Assembly (NCBI GenBank): GCA_938086785.1
Contig: CALKCM010000010.1
Span: 35,741 to 99,740 of the forward strand
Direction: 5' to 3'
DNA: 64,000 bases
Origin: an uncultured Bacteroidia bacterium
Lineage (GTDB): Bacteria; Bacteroidota; Bacteroidia; NS11-12g; UBA955
A program made the position numbers and the translations under genes. Position 1 is the stretch's first letter. Every line of letters begins with the position of its first letter. Shown piece after piece: positions 29,667-39,189 of the stretch. The notes beneath the pieces are model-generated. The model was given only the letters and a program-made list of their open reading frames with translations. It was not told the DNA's origin and ran no database searches.

Positions 29667-30579
29667 AGCTATCCTCGTTATGGAACATACTCAAATAGGA
29701 GTAGTATCTCTCGGGATTAATAATTTGCTGTTCTACCGCACTTTTAACCGCACACTCGGGCTCATTTATATGCAGGCAATCATTAAATTTACAATCACTC
29801 ATATGGTATCTAAATTCTGGAAAAGTGTGAGCTAATTCCTGCTTAACTATATCTACCAGGCCAAAATCTCTAATTCCAGGAGTATCTATTATTCTAGTTT
29901 TATTGGTCACATACATCTGAGCAAATGTTGTGGTATGCTTCCCCTTTAAATGTGTTTTACTAATGGCTCCAACTTTAGCTAAAGATTCGGGATATAGCTT
30001 ATTTAACAAGGTAGACTTACCTACTCCACTATGCCCAGCCAGTAAGGATGTTTTATTAAACAAAAAAGCTTTTAACTCTTCTGTTCCATGACCTGTAGTC
30101 GCGCTTCCTACAAAGGTTTCATAGCCCAAATCTGAATATTCTTTGGCCATGTCTACGCTTAGCTCAATGCCGTCATCTTCGAGTAAATCAGTCTTATTAA
30201 AGAATATAGCCGCTGGGATGTGATAGGCTTCGCAGCAAGCCAAAAAACGATCTATAAACCCTCTAGATGTGCTGGGTGCAACCAACGAGGCTACCATCAA
30301 ACCCAAATCTAAATTGGATGCCAATATTTGCCTTTTACTGCTAAGTTTATTGGATTTTCGAATAATATAGTTTTTCCGATTATATATCTCAACAATCTGA
30401 GCGGTATCCTCAAAATTAGGATCTTCTTCAATGCGGACAAGGTCTCCCACCGCAATGGGGTTTGAAATATCTTTCTCTACCAGACGGAATTTACCTCTGA
30501 TCCGGGCTTCAAGAATAATACCATCTAAGGTCTCTACCTGATACCAACTTCCGGTGCTTTTAAGTACAAGAGCGTCCAC
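29659..30579 (-). CDS. rsgA: Ribosome small-subunit-dependent GTPase A
   Basis: OB-fold N-terminus, circularly permuted GTPase (FNKTDL ... GHSGVGKSTLLN ... DTPG), and a C-terminal Zn cluster (CKFNDCLHINEPEC). GTG start. Confidence 0.9.
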   Translation of the reverse strand: MDALVLKSTGSWYQVETLDGIILEARIRGKFRLVEKDISNPIAVGDLVRIEEDPNFEDTAQIVEIYNRKNYIIRKSNKLSSKRQILASNLDLGLMVASLVAPSTSRGFIDRFLACCEAYHIPAAIFFNKTDLLEDDGIELSVDMAKEYSDLGYETFVGSATTGHGTEELKAFLFNKTSLLAGHSGVGKSTLLNKLYPESLAKVGAISKTHLKGKHTTTFAQMYVTNKTRIIDTPGIRDFGLVDIVKQELAHTFPEFRYHMSDCKFNDCLHINEPECAVKSAVEQQIINPERYYSYLSMFHNEDSFN

Positions 30580-30585
30580 TTGGCA

Positions 30586-31542
30586 CTATTTAAAAATTTC
30601 TGAACAAATAGCCTTAGTACTTGACACTTTCCCCATCGTATAAAAATGGAGCACTGGAACCTTAGCCTCGATGAGTTCTTTGCATTGGTTGATAGCCCAA
30701 TCAATACCAATCTGTCTTACTTCTCCGTTATTTGCGCAAGCTTCTACTTTATTTGAAAGTTCAACAGGAATTTCAATATTAAAAACATTGGGCAAGACTT
30801 GAAGTTGTTTTTTTGTAGCAATAGGCTTAATTCCCGGAATAATAGGAACATTAATTCCGTTTTCCCGACAAGCATCCACAAATTCAAAGAAGCCTTTGTT
30901 GTCAAAAAACATCTGTGTTATAATAAATTCTGCGCCAGCAGCTACTTTTCTCTTTAAAAATTTCATGTCAGAATGCTTATTTGGAGCATCTGCATGCTTT
31001 TCTGGATACCCCGCAGAGCCCACGCAAAAATCTGTTACATGTGCATTGCTTAACTCTTCATCCAAATAAATCCCCGAGTTCATATTCTCTATCTGATGGA
31101 TTAATTCTAATGCGTTTGAGTTACCTGCTTCTTCAGGAACGAAACTACGTTCGGTTCTTAGAGCATCACCTCTGAGGGCTAAAACATTATCTATACCTAA
31201 AAAGTGCAAATCTATGAGCGCATTCTCTGTATCTTCTTTGGTAAACCCTCCACATATTAAATGAGGAACGGCATCTATGTTATATTTATTCTGGATGGCC
31301 GCGCATATGGCCACCGTCCCAGGTCGTTTTTTTGTAGCAATTCTATCAAAACTGCCATCCTTACGCTTCTTTAATATATATTCTTGCCGATGATAGGTTA
31401 CATCAATAAAACTAGGATTAAACTCTAAAAGTCCATCAATAGCATTATAAATACTATTGATACTCTCACCCTTGAGTGGAGGCAATATTTCAAAGGAAAA
31501 CAAGGTTCCTTTTGCTTTATTTATATGTTCTATTATCTTCAT
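30586..31542 (-). CDS. metF: Methylenetetrahydrofolate reductase
   Basis: FSFEILPP, VTYH, CAAIQ, HLICGG, LALRGD and AGAEFIITQMFFD motifs. 318 aa. Confidence 0.88.
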   Translation of the reverse strand: MKIIEHINKAKGTLFSFEILPPLKGESINSIYNAIDGLLEFNPSFIDVTYHRQEYILKKRKDGSFDRIATKKRPGTVAICAAIQNKYNIDAVPHLICGGFTKEDTENALIDLHFLGIDNVLALRGDALRTERSFVPEEAGNSNALELIHQIENMNSGIYLDEELSNAHVTDFCVGSAGYPEKHADAPNKHSDMKFLKRKVAAGAEFIITQMFFDNKGFFEFVDACRENGINVPIIPGIKPIATKKQLQVLPNVFNIEIPVELSNKVEACANNGEVRQIGIDWAINQCKELIEAKVPVLHFYTMGKVSSTKAICSEIFK

Positions 31543-33233
31543 TAAAAATTAAGTTGCTTCATTAACTCATTGCCATCCCGTATTACTTTAACTTCTAGGG
31601 TATCTCCCTCTTTTAATTTACTCAACGCCTTCATATAATCATAAATATCAACAATTTGCATTTCGCCCATTTGTATAATTATATCTCCTGATTCAAGCAA
31701 GGCTTTATCGGCAGGCCTTCCCTCTGAAACACCATCAATTTTTAAGCCCGTCCCGTCAAATGTATAATCAGGCATAATTCCCAAACTAACTTTCCATTTT
31801 GAACTCTTTTTGGCAACATCTTTCGTTTTCGTAAACGGAATAGCCTTTTTCTTATTGTTCAATTTCACAAACTGAGTGATAATATCTATAGACTTTTCCA
31901 TTCCCTCATAATTTATTTTCCAGGCATCATCTGAAGGTTTGTGATAATCCTCATGTTGGCCCGAGAAGAAGTGCAGTACTGGTATGTCTTTTAAATAAAA
32001 AGAAGTGTGATCACTCGCACCCAAGCCAGATTTAGATTGCACAATTTTTAACTGCGTGGTATCATATTCTAATTTTTCAATGGTTTCAGGCCATTTCGGA
32101 GAAGTGCCTGTGCCATTAATAATCAAGGTGCGTTTAGAGGTATCCATGCGCCCTAACATGTCTATATTTATTACGTATTTGATTTTTTCTATTGGAACTA
32201 AAGGGTGATTTACGAAGAATTTTGAACCCAACAAACCAAGCTCTTCTCCACTAACGGCCAAGAACAAGTAATTGTGCTTGCAAAACTTACGCCCTTTTAA
32301 GGTTCTGGCTAACTCTAGCATGGCAGCCACACCACTTGCATTATCATCTGCTCCATTATGAATCTCTTGACTTCCTGTATGCCTCGAATTCCCATATTCT
32401 CCCAGACCAATATGATCGTGATGAGCGACTACGACAATCGTCTTTTTTTTATGATAATTTCGATAACCCGCCACATTATGTGCCTTAACTTGAGGAGCGT
32501 AAATAGAACTATTCATAGAACAGAACATACCCCTAGGAATACCCTCTGATACCTTTTTGGCGTATACAATCGGAATACTTTTAACGTTCGCAAAGTTATC
32601 AAGCTGTCCCTTGGGCACCTCGGCAGATTTTGGACCTGGAATAAAAATAATTCCAGCCGCCCCGTATTTAATGCAATTCTCAATCTTCTGAGAAACGGAA
32701 CACACATCAGCCAAAGGACTATGTATATCTTCATCCATGGTTGGATATCCTAAACGAACTGCGAATATCTTTCCCTTTAAATCTTTAAAACTCTCAAAAT
32801 CATTTCTCTCCTCTGACTCACTTATTAAGCCGTAGCCCAAATCCATCACTTCCCCAAAGGCAGTGTCACTATTAGAGGCTTGAGATATGGGATAAAAATC
32901 GTCAAACAGTTTAAATTTTACCATTTTTGCTTGACCTGTTTCATCAGAGGTAAAATTTAATCTCGTATCATTCTTAGCCATTCTTAATTGTGTTATTGAA
33001 AAGTCTTGAAAATAACTCTTATTGATTTTCTTGAGCTTTAAATCTTTGAATCGCTGAGCAATATATTGCGCTGACAACTCCTCCCCTGGCGAACCTGTTT
33101 GCCTTCCCTGGAGAGCATCTGAAGATAGATATACAATATCTTTTTTTACTTGTTTTATATCTATCTGTCCAATAGCAGAAAGAGAAAAAAGAAAACTAAG
33201 AATAAGAAAATTTAATTTAATGTAGGATCGCAT
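31542..33233 (-). CDS. M28-family zinc aminopeptidase with C-terminal PDZ domain
   Basis: Signal peptide. VVVAHHDHIG, GADDNASGVA, AVSGEELGLLGS, NIDMLG and SDHTSF are M28 metal-ligand contexts. The C-terminus GVSEGRPADKALLESGDIIIQMG is PDZ-like. Confidence 0.8.
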   Translation of the reverse strand: MRSYIKLNFLILSFLFSLSAIGQIDIKQVKKDIVYLSSDALQGRQTGSPGEELSAQYIAQRFKDLKLKKINKSYFQDFSITQLRMAKNDTRLNFTSDETGQAKMVKFKLFDDFYPISQASNSDTAFGEVMDLGYGLISESEERNDFESFKDLKGKIFAVRLGYPTMDEDIHSPLADVCSVSQKIENCIKYGAAGIIFIPGPKSAEVPKGQLDNFANVKSIPIVYAKKVSEGIPRGMFCSMNSSIYAPQVKAHNVAGYRNYHKKKTIVVVAHHDHIGLGEYGNSRHTGSQEIHNGADDNASGVAAMLELARTLKGRKFCKHNYLFLAVSGEELGLLGSKFFVNHPLVPIEKIKYVINIDMLGRMDTSKRTLIINGTGTSPKWPETIEKLEYDTTQLKIVQSKSGLGASDHTSFYLKDIPVLHFFSGQHEDYHKPSDDAWKINYEGMEKSIDIITQFVKLNNKKKAIPFTKTKDVAKKSSKWKVSLGIMPDYTFDGTGLKIDGVSEGRPADKALLESGDIIIQMGEMQIVDIYDYMKALSKLKEGDTLEVKVIRDGNELMKQLNF

Positions 33234-34023
33234 ATAATGTTTTGATTAATATAATAATAGTTAGTAAAGCAAAAGTAATACGTAATACCGGAGTAGGTGT
33301 TCGCCGGCTTACTTTTATTCCAATTGGTGCAAAAATCAATACTCCGATTAATGTTGGCAGCAAAATACTCCATGCAATAAATCCTGTATGAGGTAAATTC
33401 AAAGCACTTTGGGTAGATAGGTATTGAACCAAAGGGAAAATAGCCAATAAAGGAATTACAGAAAGAGAAAGTCTGGAGGATTGTTTAAAATCCAGTTGAA
33501 ATAACCATTGGAATAAGGGTACCATCACAATGCCCCCGCCAAGTCCACTTACAGCAACCACAGCGCCTGCAAGAACTCCAACAAACATCGATTTACCTAT
33601 GGGTAATTTATTAGAAATAGAAACGCTGGATTTCATTTTATCTGGCAACAGCATTTTAAGAATACTTAGTTTTAAGAATACTAAAAAGACCAATTGAAAA
33701 ACAAATGGCTTGTACCAATCCCCGGTTGCTATAGATTGCGATATCAAATATGAAACAGCACCGCCCGGCAAACCTATAATTAGGGTATTCATCCAATTCA
33801 GAGATTTATCCGAGAGCTGTCTCAAGGTCCCACTAACTCCACTCCCCAAAACAAGAAACAAGGAATTTGCCAATGTTGCTTTAACTACATCTGTGGACGA
33901 AAGACCTTCTTTTTCGAAAAAATAGGTCAAAATAGGAATGAAAATAATACCTCCACCTACTCCAAGCATCCCTGCTAAAAATCCGCCTACAACACCAATG
34001 AGTAGTAAAACAAGAATCTCCAT
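33217..34023 (-). CDS. TauE/SafE-family (sulfite exporter-like) membrane protein
   Basis: Repeated GxGGG membrane motif (GMLGVGGGIIFIP and VSGLGGGIVMVP). About 8 TM segments. Confidence 0.7.
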   Translation of the reverse strand: MEILVLLLIGVVGGFLAGMLGVGGGIIFIPILTYFFEKEGLSSTDVVKATLANSLFLVLGSGVSGTLRQLSDKSLNWMNTLIIGLPGGAVSYLISQSIATGDWYKPFVFQLVFLVFLKLSILKMLLPDKMKSSVSISNKLPIGKSMFVGVLAGAVVAVSGLGGGIVMVPLFQWLFQLDFKQSSRLSLSVIPLLAIFPLVQYLSTQSALNLPHTGFIAWSILLPTLIGVLIFAPIGIKVSRRTPTPVLRITFALLTIIILIKTLYAILH

Positions 34024-35643
34024 TTACTTATTTAAGATTTTAGAATAAGAGGCAGAACCCATCACCTCGATGGCCTTCAAAATTTCAGGATCGGCTTGAA
34101 ACATTTTTTTGTATGTTAAATCCTGGTTATGGTACCTCTTAATAATTTCTACTTCCAATAGGAACTTAATAACAGATTTATTCTCATTTAGATTTTTCTG
34201 AATACTTTTTTCTAAAGACTCTTGAACACTACTTGCATTTAATGCACTAGTGACAAATGATTTATCCTCGAATGAAGCATTCAACTGTTCGCTAATTTCA
34301 TGTTCCACCTTTACACTAAGCTCGGCAGAGGCTGTTTTTATAAACTTCTGCAATTCTGCATCTGTCAAGAAGTCTATTTTTGTAATCGCATCATGACTAT
34401 TTCTATAATCATTCACAAAATCAAAAGGGATATAATGCTTTTCGAGTTGCTTAAAAAGATCTAAGCCTCCAAAAGGCTCCATAAAAACATCCGGTTGAAC
34501 ACCACCACCATCTTTAACAATTCTCCCCTTAGATGTAGTGAATTTTTTTCTAGCGCTATCAGGAATAGCACCTACAGAACCATCTTCTTGCCTATGACTG
34601 TAATCTAATAACTGTATGCAGCGGCCACTGGGGGTATAGTACTTAGCCGTCGTTATTTTCATCTGAGTGCGATACGGCAGTTGAAAATAATTTTGAACCA
34701 AGCCTTTTCCAAAGGAGGTTTGTCCTAAAACAACTCCCCTGTCTAAATCTTGTATACTCGCACTTACCACTTCGCTGGCAGAAGCACTCTTTTTATTTAT
34801 GAGAATTGCAATTTTTTTATTTAAAGCCACGGGCTCCATTTGACTGAACCATTTTCTATTATTGTTTTCTGTTCTTCCTCGCATATCCACAATGTTTTTA
34901 TTTCTCCCAACAAATAAGCCAACAATGTCGACCGCTTCATTTAAGAGCCCTCCCCCATTATACCTTAAATCTAAAATAACTTGATCTCGCACACCGCTTT
35001 CATCTAACTTAACAATGGCATTTCTGATTTCCGATGCAGCATCTCTTCCAAATTGATTGAGCTTGATGTAGGTTACATCCTTATTAATAGCCGCATAGTA
35101 AGGGACACTCTTATCTAGGACCTGCATTCGATTTATACGTTTATTTAATTGCTTTCCTCCCCGATCTATAACCATTGTAAAATCTGTATTTGCAGTACCT
35201 CTTAAAAGTACACTTACATCACTAATAGTGCTCTTAAAAAGGCTTTTTCCGTTGATAGACCTAATGATATCTCCAGCTCTAACATCAGATTTATGAAAAG
35301 CATATCCCGTAAAAACTTCTGTGACAACAATAGCCTCTTTCCGTATTTTAACTCTACAGCCCACTCCACCGTATTCGCCCATTCGATCAACCAGAGCCTT
35401 TTCTGCTTGATTCTCAGAATAAAAATTGGTGTATGGATCTAAATTACCCAACATGGCATCTATTCCCTTTTTAATTAAAGTCCCAGGTTGAACTTCATCC
35501 ACGTAGCTTTTATGAACCTCTTTATAAACACTAGTGAAAATCTCAATATTCTTAGATATCTCAAAAAAAGAATCAGCCACCTTAAAGGATGCAAGCAGCA
35601 AACAGGTCAATGAAACGATAAGAAGGTGATTAATCTTGCCCAT
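34024..35643 (-). CDS. S41-family C-terminal processing (tail-specific) peptidase with PDZ domain
   Basis: Signal anchor, PDZ (AGDIIRSINGKS), LDLRYNGGG, and the S41 active-site context SASASEVV ... GKGLVQ. Confidence 0.8.
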   Translation of the reverse strand: MGKINHLLIVSLTCLLLASFKVADSFFEISKNIEIFTSVYKEVHKSYVDEVQPGTLIKKGIDAMLGNLDPYTNFYSENQAEKALVDRMGEYGGVGCRVKIRKEAIVVTEVFTGYAFHKSDVRAGDIIRSINGKSLFKSTISDVSVLLRGTANTDFTMVIDRGGKQLNKRINRMQVLDKSVPYYAAINKDVTYIKLNQFGRDAASEIRNAIVKLDESGVRDQVILDLRYNGGGLLNEAVDIVGLFVGRNKNIVDMRGRTENNNRKWFSQMEPVALNKKIAILINKKSASASEVVSASIQDLDRGVVLGQTSFGKGLVQNYFQLPYRTQMKITTAKYYTPSGRCIQLLDYSHRQEDGSVGAIPDSARKKFTTSKGRIVKDGGGVQPDVFMEPFGGLDLFKQLEKHYIPFDFVNDYRNSHDAITKIDFLTDAELQKFIKTASAELSVKVEHEISEQLNASFEDKSFVTSALNASSVQESLEKSIQKNLNENKSVIKFLLEVEIIKRYHNQDLTYKKMFQADPEILKAIEVMGSASYSKILNK

Positions 35644-35894
35644 GAATAAGCAAATTTAATTTATTGCTTTTAAATTCAATGCAGATACAGAGTATAAAGT
35701 ATTAAATATCCGATGTGTTTACTAAAAATTTACACTCATCAAAAAAATGATTTACTCTGCTGAAAATTCTGACATGCATCGTCTAATGATCATTTAAACG
35801 ATTTATAAATCTATGGAGCCTCCTAGAAATAAAGGGTTTTTTCATATTTAAGACCCAATTCTTAGAACCCCTTTTTTATGTCTCTATCTGCCTT

Positions 35895-35902
35895 TATATT
35901 TG
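35895..35902 (+). promoter_or_regulatory. -7 promoter box (TATATTTG) upstream of the DUF1573 cluster
   Basis: Perfect TAnnTTTG about 100 nt upstream of the ATG at 36003. Confidence 0.35.
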
Positions 35903-36002
35903 TAAAACTTTGAAAAGTGATGTCATCTGCGATTCAAATAAGCGAAGCAGTTTGGCATAATGATTGTCTTATAGATAGAAACAACTATTAAAATTAGAAA
36001 AA

Positions 36003-36419
36003 ATGAAAAATATATTTACGTTTATCGGATTAGGAGCCATATCAATGGCCGCGCTATTTGCTGTTACAACGCCACAAAAAGCATCTGATTCTGTAGAATG
36101 GACTAAAACAACACATGACTTCGGAACAGTTAAGATGGGCCCAAAAGCAAATGCAGAATTTAACTTTACAAATAATGGTGCTGCGCCATTAACCATTAAA
36201 AGTGCAAACCCAAGTTGCGGATGTACAGCAAGTGATTACAGTCATGAGCCAATTATGCCCGGTCAAAAGGGATATGTAAAGGCAAGTTATGGAACGAAAG
36301 GGCGACCTGGCTTCTTTAAGAAGACCATAACTGTTACTCTGGACAATGGAACTACGCAAGTATTAACTATTACAGGTACCGTAACAAGCGATGCTGGAAC
36401 ATCTGGAGACGAACTATAA
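36003..36419 (+). CDS. DUF1573 domain-containing secreted protein (paralogue 1)
   Basis: Signal peptide. HDFGTVKMG...FNFTNNGAAPLTI...NPSCGCTAS...PGQKGYV is the DUF1573 signature. Confidence 0.75.
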   Translation: MKNIFTFIGLGAISMAALFAVTTPQKASDSVEWTKTTHDFGTVKMGPKANAEFNFTNNGAAPLTIKSANPSCGCTASDYSHEPIMPGQKGYVKASYGTKGRPGFFKKTITVTLDNGTTQVLTITGTVTSDAGTSGDEL

Positions 36420-36874
36420 TGAAGAGATTACTCATATTCAGCTCGATTTTCGCAATAGCCTCCTTTGCTACAGCGCAAGTTCAAGGAGATGCAGCAACCC
36501 CTCCGGCAGCCAAAAAAGTACAACCTTCTGCTCCTACAATTGAGTTTACTGAACTGAATCACGATTTTGGAAACATTATTGAAGGTGAAGTAGCTAGTTT
36601 CCAATTTACCTTTATTAATAAAGGAGATGATTCAATTAAATTAACAAATGTTAGAGCAAGTTGTGGATGTACTACTCCTTTATGGACCAAAGAAGAAATT
36701 GCACCAGGTGAAACAGGCGTTATCACAGCCCAATACAATAGTAAAGGACGCGTTGGAACCTTCCATAAATCAATTACTGTGAATAGTACAGGTGGAAATG
36801 TCTCACTAACTATTAAAGGTGTTGTTATTTCTGAACCAGAAAAACCAAAATCTCCTATTATTATCGGTGGATAA
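36419..36874 (+). CDS. DUF1573 domain-containing secreted protein (paralogue 2)
   Basis: Signal peptide. HDFGNIIEG...FTFINKGDDSIKL...RASCGCTTP...PGETGVI. TAATG overlap with paralogue 1. Confidence 0.75.
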   Translation: MKRLLIFSSIFAIASFATAQVQGDAATPPAAKKVQPSAPTIEFTELNHDFGNIIEGEVASFQFTFINKGDDSIKLTNVRASCGCTTPLWTKEEIAPGETGVITAQYNSKGRVGTFHKSITVNSTGGNVSLTIKGVVISEPEKPKSPIIIGG

Positions 36875-37403
36875 TAAGCGAAGAATATACCCCCTTATAA
36901 AAGCCGGCATTGCCGGCTTTTTTTTCATTCACACACTCGCCTGCCATTCTCTTACGAGAGTGAATCAGAAAGACAGAAGCCTCCATTCAAAAAATCTGAC
37001 CTCGGACTCTCCCTCTTTAAAAAGAGAGCCTGAAATTGCTAAGACTCCAGACAAAGGCATATTTACTCTGGGTGCTGATACTATTTTCACAAAGACCCAT
37101 TATTTAGGCGATACCATTGAGGCTGTATTTTATTTTACTGTTATTAAGGAACCTTTAAAAATATTGCAAGTGCACCCAGGCTGCCAATGCACAGCTCCTA
37201 TTTATCCAAAAGATTCCATACAACCAGGGCAAATAGACTCTGTTGTACTTATGTTCTATACTAAAAAAGTACATGCAGGTCAATTTATGAAGTATGCCTA
37301 TGTTTTAAACGCAGTGAAAGAGGTTGATTATTTTATTTCTGGTAAAGTTTTAGATCTTCCTGCAGGAATTAAACCAAAAAGAGTAAGATACACGAACAAA
37401 TAA
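36867..37403 (+). CDS. Divergent DUF1573-like protein (paralogue 3), probable lipoprotein if started at GTG 36867
   Basis: HPGCQCTAPIYPKDSIQPGQ replaces the CGCT core. Starting at GTG 36867 (GTGGATAA overlap with the paralogue 2 stop) gives M-DNKRRIYPLIK-AGIAGFFFIHTLA-C, which is signal-peptide/lipobox-like. There is no in-frame ATG before residue ~150 of the tracked ORF. Confidence 0.5.
   Translation: MDNKRRIYPLIKAGIAGFFFIHTLACHSLTRVNQKDRSLHSKNLTSDSPSLKREPEIAKTPDKGIFTLGADTIFTKTHYLGDTIEAVFYFTVIKEPLKILQVHPGCQCTAPIYPKDSIQPGQIDSVVLMFYTKKVHAGQFMKYAYVLNAVKEVDYFISGKVLDLPAGIKPKRVRYTNK
36898..36926 (+). terminator. Strong rho-independent terminator hairpin located inside the paralogue 3 signal-peptide codons
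   Basis: AAAAGCCGGC-ATT-GCCGGCTTTTTTTT: a 7-bp GC-rich stem, 3-nt loop and T8 tail, with an A-tract upstream. Confidence 0.75.
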
Positions 37404-37408
37404 ATATT

Positions 37409-38239
37409 CTATAAGTGGCTCATATCGGCAGCCTTAAAGCGTCCTCTCTCATCCTTGATTACTTTACAGGTCTCGTAAATATGGTCGTGTTCTAAAAAAT
37501 AACTCCAATTCTCTGAGAAAGCCCTCTCATTCGTCTTCTGCCTTTCCTCCATTGTAACAAGGGGCTCAATATCATATCCCAACACATAATTAACGGGAAT
37601 ATGAGTAGAAGAAGGAAATAAATCAGCAGCATATAAGAGAATCCCCTCATCTGTTTCTATTTTTGGACATATCATATCCACTGTATGTCCTCCAACAATG
37701 TGCGCCCATATTCCAGGGGCAATCTCTTCATCTTTATCTGCAAAACGAAGAACGCCATGTTCCTGTAAAGGCAAAAAGTTCTCGCCTAAAAAACTAGCTT
37801 TCTCACGCGCATTAGGAAAACAAGCGTGATCCCAATGTTTTTTAGATACATGATAGGTAGCATTTGGAAATGTTGGGACCAGCTTTCCGTCATTATTCTT
37901 GATTACAGCACCTCCCACATGATCAAAATGCAAATGGGTAAGTATTACATCTGTGATATCCTCAGGCTCTAAGCCTTTTAAAGAGAGAGAGCCTAATAGA
38001 GTTTCAGTCCCATTTAGAAAGTAATATGAATAAAACTTATCACTTTGCTTCGTTCCAATACCCGTATCAATAAGGATTTTTCTATTGCCTGTTTCTACCA
38101 ATAAACAGCGCATAGCCCAATTGCACATGTTATTTTCATCGGCTGGATTAAATGTATTCCAAATAGTTTTGGGAACGACCCCATACATAGCGCCTCCGTC
38201 TAACTTAAAAAAACCAGTATCTATGGCACTTACTTTCAT
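37409..38239 (-). CDS. MBL-fold metallo-hydrolase
   Basis: THLHFDHVGG (HxHxDH motif) plus downstream His/Asp ligand contexts. Confidence 0.8.
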   Translation of the reverse strand: MKVSAIDTGFFKLDGGAMYGVVPKTIWNTFNPADENNMCNWAMRCLLVETGNRKILIDTGIGTKQSDKFYSYYFLNGTETLLGSLSLKGLEPEDITDVILTHLHFDHVGGAVIKNNDGKLVPTFPNATYHVSKKHWDHACFPNAREKASFLGENFLPLQEHGVLRFADKDEEIAPGIWAHIVGGHTVDMICPKIETDEGILLYAADLFPSSTHIPVNYVLGYDIEPLVTMEERQKTNERAFSENWSYFLEHDHIYETCKVIKDERGRFKAADMSHL

Positions 38240-39004
38240 TTAAAAATCTCCGTAAATATCTGTTAAGGCTTCATATCCTGTATCTGTAATAAGAATAGTG
38301 TGCTCAAACTGGGCGCTTAATCTACCGTCAATAGTTCGGGCGGTCCATCCATCTTTACGATCGACTTTACATCTAGCCTTTCCTCCATTAATCATAGGTT
38401 CGATAGTAAAAACCATTCCTGGCTTAAGTATGGGACCTGTATTTTTTTCAGCAATATGACTCACCTCTGGATCTTCATGAAACTTAAGACCAACGCCATG
38501 TCCACAAAATTCGTATACCACACTATACCTATGTTTATGGGCATGCTCTGCAATGTGATACCCAATATTATTCAAATGATTTTCCGGATAGCATTGTTCC
38601 ATTCCAATTCTTAAACATTCTTTGGTGGTTTGGACCAGCTTCTCTGCATATTCACTAATCTCTCCAACCTGATACATTCTACAGGTATCCCCAAAGTATC
38701 CATCAAGTATGGTGGTTACATCAATATTTACGATATCGCCATGTTGAAGAACTGTATTGTTTGGAACCCCATGACAAACTACATCGTTGGGTGAAATACA
38801 GGTAGCATGTTTATACCCTCTATATCCTTTTGTTGCGGGTGTGGCATGGTTTTCTTTAATAAAATCTTCTGCAATTTGATCTAGTTCAATGGTTTTCACT
38901 CCAGGTTTTATAAACTGTTCCAAGTGTTTTAACGTTTTAGCAGCTAAGGCAGAACTCTTTCTAATGCCTTCAATTTGCTCTGGTGTTTTGATCACTATAG
39001 CCAT
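38240..39004 (-). CDS. map: Type I methionine aminopeptidase
   Basis: MAIVIKTPEQIEGIRKS start, then VCHG, DVTT..DGYFGD, GHGVG, FTIEP and QFEHT metal-ligand contexts. The ATG at 39004 is preferred over the upstream extension to 39070. Confidence 0.9.
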   Translation of the reverse strand: MAIVIKTPEQIEGIRKSSALAAKTLKHLEQFIKPGVKTIELDQIAEDFIKENHATPATKGYRGYKHATCISPNDVVCHGVPNNTVLQHGDIVNIDVTTILDGYFGDTCRMYQVGEISEYAEKLVQTTKECLRIGMEQCYPENHLNNIGYHIAEHAHKHRYSVVYEFCGHGVGLKFHEDPEVSHIAEKNTGPILKPGMVFTIEPMINGGKARCKVDRKDGWTARTIDGRLSAQFEHTILITDTGYEALTDIYGDF

Positions 39005-39189
39005 CGGGCAAAGATACCTTGCTTTGCTAATTGTATTTGCCAAATCTAAAATATCTTTTGAAAATAGCATCTAAATATATTCTTGGTCTAAAGCTTCAAT
39101 AGGGCGAGCCTCTCCTATTGTTTGCCGTTCATCTCTTCTTAAAATTATTAATTTCTATGGACGATGATATTTGCAGTATTTTTGAAACG

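Noticed and set aside
36819-36866. Tracked start of the third DUF1573 ORF at 36819, 56 nt inside paralogue 2
   Set aside because: This upstream extension (MLLFLNQKNQNLLLLS) has no signal-peptide logic. GTG 36867, which overlaps the upstream stop, gives a coherent n-region, h-region and Cys.
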